A DNA stretch of 64,000 bases from an uncultured Acidobacteriota bacterium. Lineage in GTDB: Bacteria > Acidobacteriota > Thermoanaerobaculia > Multivoradales > SZUA-115. Under the pieces are notes generated by a model. That model ran no database searches and had not been told where the DNA came from. It worked only from the letters and a program-made list of their open reading frames with translations. Shown here one piece after another: positions 40,482 through 49,445 of the stretch (within the stretch, counting starts at the first letter, position 1; each line of letters opens with the position of its first letter). The position numbers were made by a program, and so were the translations under genes. The DNA lies in NCBI GenBank assembly GCA_963805975.1, contig CAWDVR010000001.1, positions 1,408,001 to 1,472,000 of the forward strand, read 5' to 3'.

Positions 40482-41207
40482 ATGCACCTGACGATCGATC
40501 CTCTCGTGCTCGACCGCTTCCCCGGCGTGGTGCTGGGCGTGGTCGTGGCTCGCGGCGTGGACAACTCGGGCGCCAGCCCCGAGGCCACCACCCTGCTGCG
40601 TGCGGCCGAGGCCGGGCTCGCGGCACGCTTCGGTTCCACCCCGGTTCCCGAGCACCCGGCGATCGCGCCCTGGCGGGAGGCCTACCGCGCCTTCGGCGCC
40701 AAGCCCAAGGACCACCCCTCGTCGATCGAGAACCTCGTCCGCCGCGTGCTCAAGGGCAACCCGCTGCCCACGATCAATCCACTCGTCGATCTCTACAACG
40801 CGATCTCGCTCGAATTCCTCTTGCCGGTGGGGGGCGAGGATCTGGATTCGCTCTGTGGTGACCTCTGCCTCACCTTCGCCAGCGAGATGGAACCCACCGT
40901 GCGCCTGCTGGGCGAGGCCGAGGAGAGGGCACCCAAGCCGGGTGAGGTGATCTATAGGGACGACCTTGGCGCCGTCTGCCGGCGCTGGAACTGGAAAGAG
41001 GCCGAACGCACCAAGCTGACGGCGGAGACGAGGAACGCGGTGCTGGTGCTCGAGGCGCTGCCGCCCGTCGAGCGGTCGGTCCTCGAGGCCGCGACTGGCC
41101 GCCTACGCGATCTCGTCGCGCGTCATTGCGGCGGCGAGGTGCGAGCGGCCCTCATCGACCACGACTACCCGAGCGCCCACCTCGGCGCTCAGGGCACGAA
41201 GCGGTAG
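40482..41207 (+). CDS. Stand-alone B3/B4 (PheRS-beta editing-like) domain protein
   Basis: WREAYRAFG, PSSIENL, INPLVDLYN, GGEDLD, CRRWNWKE. Confidence 0.9.
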   Translation: MHLTIDPLVLDRFPGVVLGVVVARGVDNSGASPEATTLLRAAEAGLAARFGSTPVPEHPAIAPWREAYRAFGAKPKDHPSSIENLVRRVLKGNPLPTINPLVDLYNAISLEFLLPVGGEDLDSLCGDLCLTFASEMEPTVRLLGEAEERAPKPGEVIYRDDLGAVCRRWNWKEAERTKLTAETRNAVLVLEALPPVERSVLEAATGRLRDLVARHCGGEVRAALIDHDYPSAHLGAQGTKR

Positions 41208-41914
41208 CCCACGCCGCGCACTGACAGGATGTGCCGCGGGCGCCAGGCGTCTTCTTCGAAGGCACGGCGCAGGGAGACGATCACGTTGTCCACCACTCGC
41301 GTGTTGGGGTGGTTGGGAAGCTCCCAGACCTCGGCCAGGAGCTCGCGGCGGTCGATCACCTGCTGCGGCCGCGCGGCGAAGACCTTCATCACCGCGACTT
41401 CCTTCTTCGACAGCTCGACGATACCGGCACGGGTCTGCGCCTCGAAGGTGTCGAAGTCCACCCAGTAGTCACCGAACGAGAGGCGGCCGGCGACCGCTTC
41501 CGGTGTCCCCGGCGCCGAGGCCGCCTCGGCCTCGCGCGACCAGGCGCGGCGGCGCAGCAGGCCCTCCACCCGCGCCAGGAGCTGCTCGAGGTCGAAGGGC
41601 TTGACCACGTAGTCGTCGGCGCCGAGCTTGAGACCATTGACCACGTCGTCCGGCTGGCTCCGGGCGGTGAGCATCAAGATGGGAGTGAAGTTGCGCTCGT
41701 GGCGCAAGCGCCGGCAGACCTCGAAGCCGTCGACCTCGGGCAGGCGCACGTCGAGGAGGATCAGGTCGTAGCGTTCGCCTCGGACCTTGTCGAGCGCCTC
41801 GCGCCCGTCGCGCGCCAGGTCTACCTCGTAGGCCTTGAGCTCCAGGTTGAGCACCAGGCCGGCGGCGAGCGCCTCCTCGTCCTCCACCACCAGCACGCGC
41901 GCGCGGTCGCTCAC
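41189..41914 (-). CDS. OmpR-family response regulator
   Basis: LVVEDE, LLDVRLP, GADDYVVKPF, winged-helix VRGVGYRF; GTG overlaps kinase stop. Confidence 0.94.
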   Translation of the reverse strand: MSDRARVLVVEDEEALAAGLVLNLELKAYEVDLARDGREALDKVRGERYDLILLDVRLPEVDGFEVCRRLRHERNFTPILMLTARSQPDDVVNGLKLGADDYVVKPFDLEQLLARVEGLLRRRAWSREAEAASAPGTPEAVAGRLSFGDYWVDFDTFEAQTRAGIVELSKKEVAVMKVFAARPQQVIDRRELLAEVWELPNHPNTRVVDNVIVSLRRAFEEDAWRPRHILSVRGVGYRFVP

Positions 41915-42858
41915 CCCGCGGCCTCGACGACGGGCAGCTCGATGCGGAAGCGGGTGCCCGGCCGGCCTTCCTGCGAGAAGGCGCGCACCGTGCCTTTCAT
42001 CTCCCGCACCAGGCCGGAGACGATCGCCAGGCCCAGCCCGGTGCCCTTGCGGCGGTCGTTGATGCCGCGGCGGATCTGGTAGAAGCGGTCGAAGATCTTC
42101 TTGAGCTCCTTGCCGGGGATGCCCACGCCGTCGTCCTCGACCTCGATCGCCACCTTGCCGGGCAGGTCGGCGAGCCGGCAGCGCACCTCGCCGCCCCGGT
42201 TCGAGAAGTACACGGCGTTGTCGAGCAGGTTGGTCATCACCCGCTCGAGCGCGTCCTCGGTGGCCCGCACCACGGCGCGCGTGCCGCCCTCCACCGCCAG
42301 GTGCACCCCACGGCTCTCGACGCGCGGCCGGGCGGCCGAGAAGTAGGCGGTGAAGAAGCTCTCGAGCTCGATCGGCTCGAGGACGAGGCGTTTCTTTCTC
42401 GCCAGCAGGCGGCTGCTCTCGAGCACGTTGTCCACCAGCACGCCCATGCGCTCGGCCTCCTCGAGGATGAAGCTCACCGAGCGGCGCTGCTGGCCCTCCG
42501 ACAGGCCCGGCTGCTCCAGGGTCTGGGCGTGGAGCTTGATCCCGGCGAGCGGCGACTTCATCTCGTGCGTGATGTTGGAGACGAACTCCTCTTGTTTCTC
42601 GGAGTAGCGCCGCGCCGCGAGCGTCTGCGCGAGCTGGTAGGTGAGGCCGACGATGAGCAGGAAGAGCAGCGTGCAGCCCACGGTCAGCACCACCCACTGG
42701 AAGCCGCCGCCGCCGGACGGGCGGACCTGGAGTGCGAGCTCGTTGATGCGGGCGCTGGCGCGAACCACGTAGACCACCCACACGACCAGCAGGGCGATGG
42801 TGGCGAGGAGCGACAGGATGTACGTGAGGACGATGGGGGTGAAGCGCTTGCGGGTCAT
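41911..42858 (-). CDS. Sensor histidine kinase
   Basis: Two TM helices, HEMKSPL H-box, NLLDNA, DDGVGI, GTGLGL. Confidence 0.94.
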   Translation of the reverse strand: MTRKRFTPIVLTYILSLLATIALLVVWVVYVVRASARINELALQVRPSGGGGFQWVVLTVGCTLLFLLIVGLTYQLAQTLAARRYSEKQEEFVSNITHEMKSPLAGIKLHAQTLEQPGLSEGQQRRSVSFILEEAERMGVLVDNVLESSRLLARKKRLVLEPIELESFFTAYFSAARPRVESRGVHLAVEGGTRAVVRATEDALERVMTNLLDNAVYFSNRGGEVRCRLADLPGKVAIEVEDDGVGIPGKELKKIFDRFYQIRRGINDRRKGTGLGLAIVSGLVREMKGTVRAFSQEGRPGTRFRIELPVVEAAG

Positions 42859-42998
42859 GGGAACCCGTCTAGCCTAACCCAGGAAGGGCGCCGACCCTGC
42901 TAAACTGGCCCCTGCGTTTACCAGCGAAGAGCACTTACAGGCCCGGGCCTCGCTGCTGCAGCCGGTCGCCGGGTCGAGCCAACAAGGAGGCTTCCTCG

Positions 42999-45383
42999 AT
43001 GCCCATGTTCCGTCGTCTTGCGACCGCGATCGGATGGCTGGCCGGCCTCGCCGCCGCCGTGCCGGCCGCGGCCCTGCCCTCCCCCGACACCGCGCTACCG
43101 GTGACACGGGACTTCTACATCGTGCGCTTTGCCGAGGCGCCTCTCGCCCGCTACGCGGGTGGCGAGCCTGGCCTCGCGGCCACCAACCCGCAGGCCCGCG
43201 GCGAGGCGAAGCTCGACGCCCGGAGCCCGGAGAGCCAGGCCTATCTCGCCCATCTCGACCGTGTCCAGGGCGATCACCTGGCGGTGATGGAGGACACTCT
43301 CGGCCGGTCGCTCGACGTGGTCTTCCGTTACCGGGCGGTCTACAACGGCGTTGCGGTGCGCATGAACGAGGCCGAGGCGACGCGGGTCGCCGCGCTCCCC
43401 GGCGTCCTTTCCGTGCTGCCGGACGTGCACTATCCCCAGCACACCGACCGCGGACCGATCTTCATCGGCGCTCCCGGCATCTGGAACGGCACCGACACCG
43501 GCGGCCTGCCCGGCACCAAGGGCGAGGGGATCATCTTCGGCGACATCGACTCCGGGGTGAACATGCTCCACCCCTCGTTCTCGGACACGCCGGCCGACGC
43601 CTACACCTACGTCAATCCCAACGGCTCCGGCAACTTCCAGGGCTGGTGCGATCCGCTCAATCCCGACTACAGCCCGGCCTACAACTGCAACGACAAGCTG
43701 ATCGGCGCCTGGGACTTCGTCGAGGCGGTGCCCGGCATCACCGAGGCGGACGGGCCGGAGGACGACAACGGCCACGGCAGCCACACGGCCTCGACGACGG
43801 TGGGCAACACCTTACCCAGCCCTGCCATGTCGGGCGTGGCGCCGCATGCCAGCATCATCACCTACGACGCCTGTTTCACCTCCGGTGCCCAGGGCCTCTG
43901 CCCCTTCGCCGCCACCTCGGCGAGCGTCGAGCAGGCAGTACTGGACGGCGTGGACGTGATCAACTACTCGATCGGCGGCGGCAGCAGCCCCTGGGGCGGT
44001 GACATCGATACCTTCTTCCTGGACGCCGTGGCAGCCGGGGTGTTCGTGTCGGCCTCTGCCGGCAACTCCGGGCCCACCGCCTCGACCGTCGCCCACTTGG
44101 GCCCCTGGGTCATCACCGTCGGCGCCAGCACCCACGACCGCGTCAACGTGTTCAACGACCTCACCGGGATGACCGGTGGCACCTCGCCGCCGGCCGACAT
44201 GCAGGGCGCCAGCCGCACCGGCGCCTATGGCCCGGCTCCCATCGTCCACGCCCGCGCTTTCGACGCCTTCCCGCCCGGAGACCCCAGCGACGGCCAGTGC
44301 CTGACGGCCTTCCCGGCTGGTACCTGGACCGGCGGGCAGATCGTGATGTGTGACCGTGGCACCCTGGCGCGTGTGCTCAAGTGCGCCAACGTACAGGCGG
44401 GTGGTGCGGGTGGCTGCATCCTGGGCAACCTCGCGGAGGTCGGGGTGATCGCCGATCCCCACGTCGTCCCGGCAACCCACGTGGACCAGGCCGAAGCCAC
44501 CGCGCTCCGCACCTGGCTCGCGACCGGCAGCGGCCACACCGGCTCGATCACCGCCTCGGCGGTCGAGATCGATCCGGCGGTGGCGGACATCATGGCGGGC
44601 TTCAGCTCGCGCGGTCCGAACCTGACCTTCGACGCCCTGAAGCCGGACGTGACCAACCCCGGGGTGAACATCTTCGCCGCCGTGCACGAGGCCTCCATTC
44701 CCGGCTTCACGCCGGACTTCGGCAACCTCTCCGGCACCTCGATGTCGAGCCCGCACACTGCCGGCTCCGGCATCTTGCTGCGGGCGCTCCACCCCACCTG
44801 GACGCCCAGCGAGATCAAGTCGGCCCTGATGACCACCGGCAAGACGGCCGACGTGTTCAAGGAGGACTCGACGACCCCGGCCGATCCCTTCGATCGCGGC
44901 GCCGGCAGAGTGGACCTCTCCAAGGCCGGTAGAGTCGGCATCACGCTCGACGAGACCGCCGCCAACTACCTGGCGGCCAACCCCGGCACCGGCGGCAACC
45001 CGCGCACCCTCAACGTGCCCAGCATGCAGCACTCCGCCTGTGCCGGCTCCTGCTCCTGGACGCGCACGGTGGACAGCGCCGTGGCCTCGTCGGTGACCTG
45101 GACCGTCACCACCAGCGGGCCGCTCGGGCTGCTCCTGTCGGTGACACCCGCCTCGTTCACCCTCGGTAGCGGAGCCAGCCAGGCGCTCACCATCCAGGCG
45201 CAGATGAGCTTCCTGCTGCCCCTCAACGTCTTCGTCTTTGGCGAGGTGACGCTGACGCCGAACAATCCGGCCATCCCGGCGGCGCACTTCCCCATCGCGG
45301 TGCGCCCGACCGCTACGAGCTCGATCTTCGCCGATGGTTTCGAGTCCGGGAACACCTCGGCCTGGTCGCTGACGGTCCCGTAG
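42999..45383 (+). CDS. Secreted S8 subtilase with I9 propeptide, PA and Fn3-like domains
   Basis: IDSG, HGSHTAST, SAGNSG, GTSMSSP; C-terminal IFADGFESGNTSAWS. Confidence 0.93.
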   Translation: MPMFRRLATAIGWLAGLAAAVPAAALPSPDTALPVTRDFYIVRFAEAPLARYAGGEPGLAATNPQARGEAKLDARSPESQAYLAHLDRVQGDHLAVMEDTLGRSLDVVFRYRAVYNGVAVRMNEAEATRVAALPGVLSVLPDVHYPQHTDRGPIFIGAPGIWNGTDTGGLPGTKGEGIIFGDIDSGVNMLHPSFSDTPADAYTYVNPNGSGNFQGWCDPLNPDYSPAYNCNDKLIGAWDFVEAVPGITEADGPEDDNGHGSHTASTTVGNTLPSPAMSGVAPHASIITYDACFTSGAQGLCPFAATSASVEQAVLDGVDVINYSIGGGSSPWGGDIDTFFLDAVAAGVFVSASAGNSGPTASTVAHLGPWVITVGASTHDRVNVFNDLTGMTGGTSPPADMQGASRTGAYGPAPIVHARAFDAFPPGDPSDGQCLTAFPAGTWTGGQIVMCDRGTLARVLKCANVQAGGAGGCILGNLAEVGVIADPHVVPATHVDQAEATALRTWLATGSGHTGSITASAVEIDPAVADIMAGFSSRGPNLTFDALKPDVTNPGVNIFAAVHEASIPGFTPDFGNLSGTSMSSPHTAGSGILLRALHPTWTPSEIKSALMTTGKTADVFKEDSTTPADPFDRGAGRVDLSKAGRVGITLDETAANYLAANPGTGGNPRTLNVPSMQHSACAGSCSWTRTVDSAVASSVTWTVTTSGPLGLLLSVTPASFTLGSGASQALTIQAQMSFLLPLNVFVFGEVTLTPNNPAIPAAHFPIAVRPTATSSIFADGFESGNTSAWSLTVP

Positions 45384-45405
45384 GGATTGGACCCGGTTCG
45401 ATGGA

Positions 45406-45430
45406 CGGGGCGGCCCTCACGGCCGCCCCG
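45406..45430. terminator. Hairpin between convergent S8 gene and nuo-kor operon
   Basis: CGGGGCGGCC-ctcac-GGCCGCCCCG, 10-bp stem. Confidence 0.7.
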
Positions 45431-45447
45431 GACTTGCCCCTTACCCT

Positions 45448-45843
45448 TCAGAGAGTGACGACGCTCCGCGCCTCGGCGATCATCTGCGAGAAGGTCTGCC
45501 AGCCGAGGATGGCGTCCACCGCGGCCTGCACCCTGGCCTGGTCCAGGCTGTAGAAGCGGGTCGAGGCGCTGCAGGCGTAGAGGCGGACGAGCCCGCTCTC
45601 GCGGCCTGGTGCCAGGAGATCCGAGAGCGGTGGCAGGTCCAGGACCTCCAACCGCTCGGCGGTGAGCGGCGGCGCCGGGTCGAGCGCATCCCAGCCACCC
45701 TCCACCCAGGCTTCGAGAGCACCGAAGAAGAGCGCGATGTCCACCGAGCCGCCACCCGCGGCGTGGCTCGCCGCGAGCGAAGAGATCTGGAAGCGGCCGT
45801 CCCAGTGGCCGGCATGGGCCAGGATCAGGAGGTCAGCGGCCAT
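45448..45843 (-). CDS. DsrE/DsrF-like small protein
   Basis: Beta-alpha pattern with IALFFGAL and single-Cys VRLYACSAS motif typical of DsrE-like proteins. Confidence 0.6.
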   Translation of the reverse strand: MAADLLILAHAGHWDGRFQISSLAASHAAGGGSVDIALFFGALEAWVEGGWDALDPAPPLTAERLEVLDLPPLSDLLAPGRESGLVRLYACSASTRFYSLDQARVQAAVDAILGWQTFSQMIAEARSVVTL

Positions 45844-45858
45844 GGGTAGGTTCCCGAC

Positions 45859-46884
45859 CTACGACGCCGCCTCCCCCACCACCCAGGTCTCGGGGCCGCG
45901 GATCAGATCTTCGAGCTTCGCCGGCCGGCGTGCCTGCGCCTCGGCGATCTGCGCCACCGCGGCGGCGTCGTAGGTCGGCATGTCGACCGCCCGCACCACG
46001 CCGATCGGCGTCGGGAACTCGGGCGGCAGGAGCTGCGACATCAGGAAGGCGAAGATCGGGTCCTTCTGCCCCTCGTCCCACACCAGGCAGTCGTCGGCGC
46101 TCCACTGGCCGCCGAGCTCGATCACCTCGAGCCTGGTACCGGCGAGGCGGATGCCCTTGTTGCGGCCGGCGCCGAAGGTGAGCGGCTTGCCGTGCTCGAG
46201 GTAGAGCACCCCGTCCTCGCGGCTCTCTTTGTCGGTCATGTAGGTGAAGGCGTGATCGTTGAAGATGTTGCAATTCTGGTAGATCTCGATGAAGGCCGTG
46301 CCCTGGTGCTGGTTGGCGCGGCGCAGCACCTCGCGCAGGTGGGGCTGGAAGATGTCGACGCTCCGCGCCACGAAGGTGGCGCCGGCACCGATCGCCAGTG
46401 CCAGCGGGTTGAAGGGGTAGTCGACCGAGCCCATCGGCGTCGACTTGGTCCGCTTCCCCACCTCGCTGGTCGGCGAGTACTGGCCCTTGGTCAGGCCGTA
46501 GATCCGGTTGTTGAACATCAGCACCTTGACCCCGACGTTCCTGCGGATCAGGTGGATGAAGTGATTGCCGCCGATCGACATGGTGTCGCCGTCGCCGGTC
46601 GCGATCCACACCTCGAGGTCCGGCCGCGCGAGCTTGAGGCCGGTGGCCACGGCCGGCGCCCGGCCGTGGATGGTGTGGAAGCCGTAGGTGTTCATGTAGT
46701 AGGGGAAGCGGCTGGAGCAGCCGATGCCCGACACCACCACGAACTTCTCCTTCGGGATGCCCAGCTCCGGGAACACCGTCTGCACGGCGGAGAGGATGGC
46801 GTAGTCCCCGCAGCCGGGGCACCAGCGCACCTCCTGGTCGGTCTGGAAGTCCTTCTTGGTGAGGACCGGCGCGTCAACGGGCAT
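45859..46884 (-). CDS. korB: 2-oxoacid:ferredoxin oxidoreductase beta subunit
   Basis: WCPGCGD, SGIGCSSR, GDGD...NN TPP motif, YGLTKGQYSPT, QNCNIFN. Confidence 0.95.
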   Translation of the reverse strand: MPVDAPVLTKKDFQTDQEVRWCPGCGDYAILSAVQTVFPELGIPKEKFVVVSGIGCSSRFPYYMNTYGFHTIHGRAPAVATGLKLARPDLEVWIATGDGDTMSIGGNHFIHLIRRNVGVKVLMFNNRIYGLTKGQYSPTSEVGKRTKSTPMGSVDYPFNPLALAIGAGATFVARSVDIFQPHLREVLRRANQHQGTAFIEIYQNCNIFNDHAFTYMTDKESREDGVLYLEHGKPLTFGAGRNKGIRLAGTRLEVIELGGQWSADDCLVWDEGQKDPIFAFLMSQLLPPEFPTPIGVVRAVDMPTYDAAAVAQIAEAQARRPAKLEDLIRGPETWVVGEAAS

Positions 46885-48781
46885 CGGGCACCTCGAGCAC
46901 CTCGCGAATCCTGTCGTAGAGCTCCTGGCGAAAGAACGGCTTGCCCTGCACCTTGCTGAAGGTGATGACGTCTTTGAGATAGCGGGCGCGCAGCAGCAGG
47001 GCGAGCTGGCCGGAGTTCATCTCAGGCACCAGCACGCGGGAGAACCGCGCCAGCACCTCGCCCAGGTTGTCTGGGAAGGGGTTCAGGTGACGCAGATGAG
47101 CACGGGAGACCGGCAGGCCCTCGCGCCGCGCCTGGTTGACCGCGCCGGTGATGGCGCCGGCCGTCGAGCCCCAGCCCAGGACCAGGAGCGGGCCGCCCTC
47201 GGGATCGCCTTCGACCACCACCGGCGGGATGTCGCGGGCGATCCGCGCCACCTTCTCCGCCCTGAGGCGCACCATGCGCTCGTGGTTGCCCGCGTCGTAG
47301 GAGACGTTGCCGGTCACGTCCTGCTTCTCGATGCCGCCGATCCGGTGCTCGAGGCCGGGCGTGCCGGGAATGGCCCAGACGCGGGCCAGCGTCTCGGCGT
47401 TGCGCACGTAGGGATGGAACCCTTGCGGGTCGTCGCGGAAGGAGACCTGCAAATCCGGCAGATCCTCGACCCGCGGCAGCTTCCAGGGCTCCGAGCCGTT
47501 GGCGATGTAGCCGTCCGAGAGCAGGACCACCGGCACCATGTACTTGAGCGCCAGCCGGCAGGCCTCGACGGCGGTCTCGAAGCAGTCCTTGGGCGACGAG
47601 CAGGAGACCACCGGCACCGGGGACTCGCCATTCCGGCCGAACATCACCTGCAGCAGGTCGGACTGCTCGGTCTTGGTGGGCATGCCGGTCGAAGGGCCGC
47701 TCCTCTGGATGTCGCAGACCACCAGCGGCAGCTCGACCATCAGGGCCAGGTTCATGGCCTCGGCCTTGAGCGCGATCCCCGGCCCGCTCGACACGGTGAT
47801 GCCCAGCGCTCCACCGAAGGCGGCGCCGATCGCCGCGCAGATCGCCGCGATCTCGTCCTCGGCCTGGAAGGTGGTGACGCCGAAGTGCTTGTAGCCGGCC
47901 AGCTCCTCGAGCACTCCCGAGGCCGGGGTGATCGGGTAGGCGCCCAGGAAGAGCGGCAGGCCGCTCCGGCGGCTGGCGGCCACCAGGCCGATCGACAGCG
48001 CCGAGTTGCCGTTGATGTTGCGGTAGGTGCCGGGCTCGAGGTCTGCCTTGTCCACCTCGTAGCGGACCTGGAAGGCCTCGGTGATGTTGCAGAAGTTCCA
48101 GCCCGCCTTGAGCACCTTGATGTTGGCCTGGGCGAGCTCCGGCTTGGCCTTGAAGCGGCTGCCGATCCAGGCGATCGAGTTGTCGAGCGGGCGCGAGAAC
48201 AGCCAGTAGGCCATGCCGAGGGCGAACATGTTCTTCGCCCGCTCGACGCTCTTCGAGTCGAGCCCGCTCTCCTCGAGCGTGCGCCGCGTCATGGTAGTGA
48301 GCGCCGCCTGGTAGACGCGGTAGCCGGCGAGGCTGCCGTCCTCGAGCGGGTTGGTCGTGAGGCCGGCTTTCTTGAAGTTGCGCTCGTTGAACTCGTCGGT
48401 GTTGACGATCACCACGCCGTTGGGCTTCAGGTCCTGGATCTCTTTGGTGAGCGCCGCCGGGTTCATCGCCACCAGCACGTCCGGGGCGTCGCCGGGCGTG
48501 TGGATCTCGTGGTCCGCGATCCGCACCTGGAAGGCGGAGACGCCGGGGAGCGTTCCCGCCGGGGCACGGATCTCGGCCGGAAAGTCCGGCAGGGTCGAGA
48601 GGTCGTTGCCGAGGAGCGCCGAGGTGTTGGTGAACTGGCCGCCGGTCAGCTGCATGCCGTCGCCGGAGTCCCCGGCAAAGCGGATGACGACGTCCTCGAG
48701 CTTCTCGAGGCGGACCTCGCGGAGCTGGGTGAGCCCGGTCTCGGGCGAGGTTTCTCGAGTGGTGGTGGCGGGGGTGGTCAT
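46874..48781 (-). CDS. korA: 2-oxoacid:acceptor oxidoreductase alpha subunit (gamma-alpha fusion)
   Basis: GDSGDGMQLTG, PAEIRAPAG, YPITP, QAEDE, RSGPSTGMPTK. Confidence 0.95.
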   Translation of the reverse strand: MTTPATTTRETSPETGLTQLREVRLEKLEDVVIRFAGDSGDGMQLTGGQFTNTSALLGNDLSTLPDFPAEIRAPAGTLPGVSAFQVRIADHEIHTPGDAPDVLVAMNPAALTKEIQDLKPNGVVIVNTDEFNERNFKKAGLTTNPLEDGSLAGYRVYQAALTTMTRRTLEESGLDSKSVERAKNMFALGMAYWLFSRPLDNSIAWIGSRFKAKPELAQANIKVLKAGWNFCNITEAFQVRYEVDKADLEPGTYRNINGNSALSIGLVAASRRSGLPLFLGAYPITPASGVLEELAGYKHFGVTTFQAEDEIAAICAAIGAAFGGALGITVSSGPGIALKAEAMNLALMVELPLVVCDIQRSGPSTGMPTKTEQSDLLQVMFGRNGESPVPVVSCSSPKDCFETAVEACRLALKYMVPVVLLSDGYIANGSEPWKLPRVEDLPDLQVSFRDDPQGFHPYVRNAETLARVWAIPGTPGLEHRIGGIEKQDVTGNVSYDAGNHERMVRLRAEKVARIARDIPPVVVEGDPEGGPLLVLGWGSTAGAITGAVNQARREGLPVSRAHLRHLNPFPDNLGEVLARFSRVLVPEMNSGQLALLLRARYLKDVITFSKVQGKPFFRQELYDRIREVLEVPDAR

Positions 48782-48797
48782 GGCCTGGGGTCCCGGC

Positions 48798-49445
48798 TCA
48801 CGAGGCCACACCCGACTGCGGCGCCCGCGCCTCGAGCGCCCCGGCGCGGCGCGCGGCGTCCACCAGGTTGAAGGCGTCACGCCGCATCTTGGCGCGCACG
48901 ATCTCTTCTTCCGGGTAGCGTGGCCGGTAGCCCAGGCGGTTCTCGTCGAAGGCGAAGGGCTTCAGCAGGTCCTCCTTGCCGACGATCGACTGCTCGCGGG
49001 TGTAGTAGGCCATGTCGTAGTTGTTGCTCATGATGATGGCCTCTTCCGGGCAGGCGTCCACGCAGTAGCCGCAGAACACGCAGCGCAGCATGTCGATCTC
49101 ATAGACCACCGGGTACTTCTCGATGTTGACGTCCGGATGCTCGCCGGCCTCGATGGTGATGCAGTCGGCCGGGCAGTTCTGGGCGCAGAGGAAGCAGGCG
49201 ACACAGCGCACCGAACCGTCGGGCCGGCTGGTCAGGATGTGGTGGCCGCGGAAGCGATGGCTGTACTCGCGCCGCTCCTCGGGGTACTCGATGGTGTACT
49301 TCGGACCCCGGAAGAGGGTGCGAAAGAAGTGCTTCGCGGTCACCATCAGGCCGGAGAGGAGCGGCAGGTAGAGCTTCTCGGCCAGGCCCTGCTTGTACGG
49401 CCTGGTCGTGGTGGGATGAGGGGTGGCGATCACGGGCTGGCTCAT
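48798..49445 (-). CDS. nuoI: Complex I subunit I (2x[4Fe-4S])
   Basis: YPEE..FRG, CVACFLCAQNCP and CVFCGYCVDACP. Confidence 0.94.
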   Translation of the reverse strand: MSQPVIATPHPTTTRPYKQGLAEKLYLPLLSGLMVTAKHFFRTLFRGPKYTIEYPEERREYSHRFRGHHILTSRPDGSVRCVACFLCAQNCPADCITIEAGEHPDVNIEKYPVVYEIDMLRCVFCGYCVDACPEEAIIMSNNYDMAYYTREQSIVGKEDLLKPFAFDENRLGYRPRYPEEEIVRAKMRRDAFNLVDAARRAGALEARAPQSGVAS

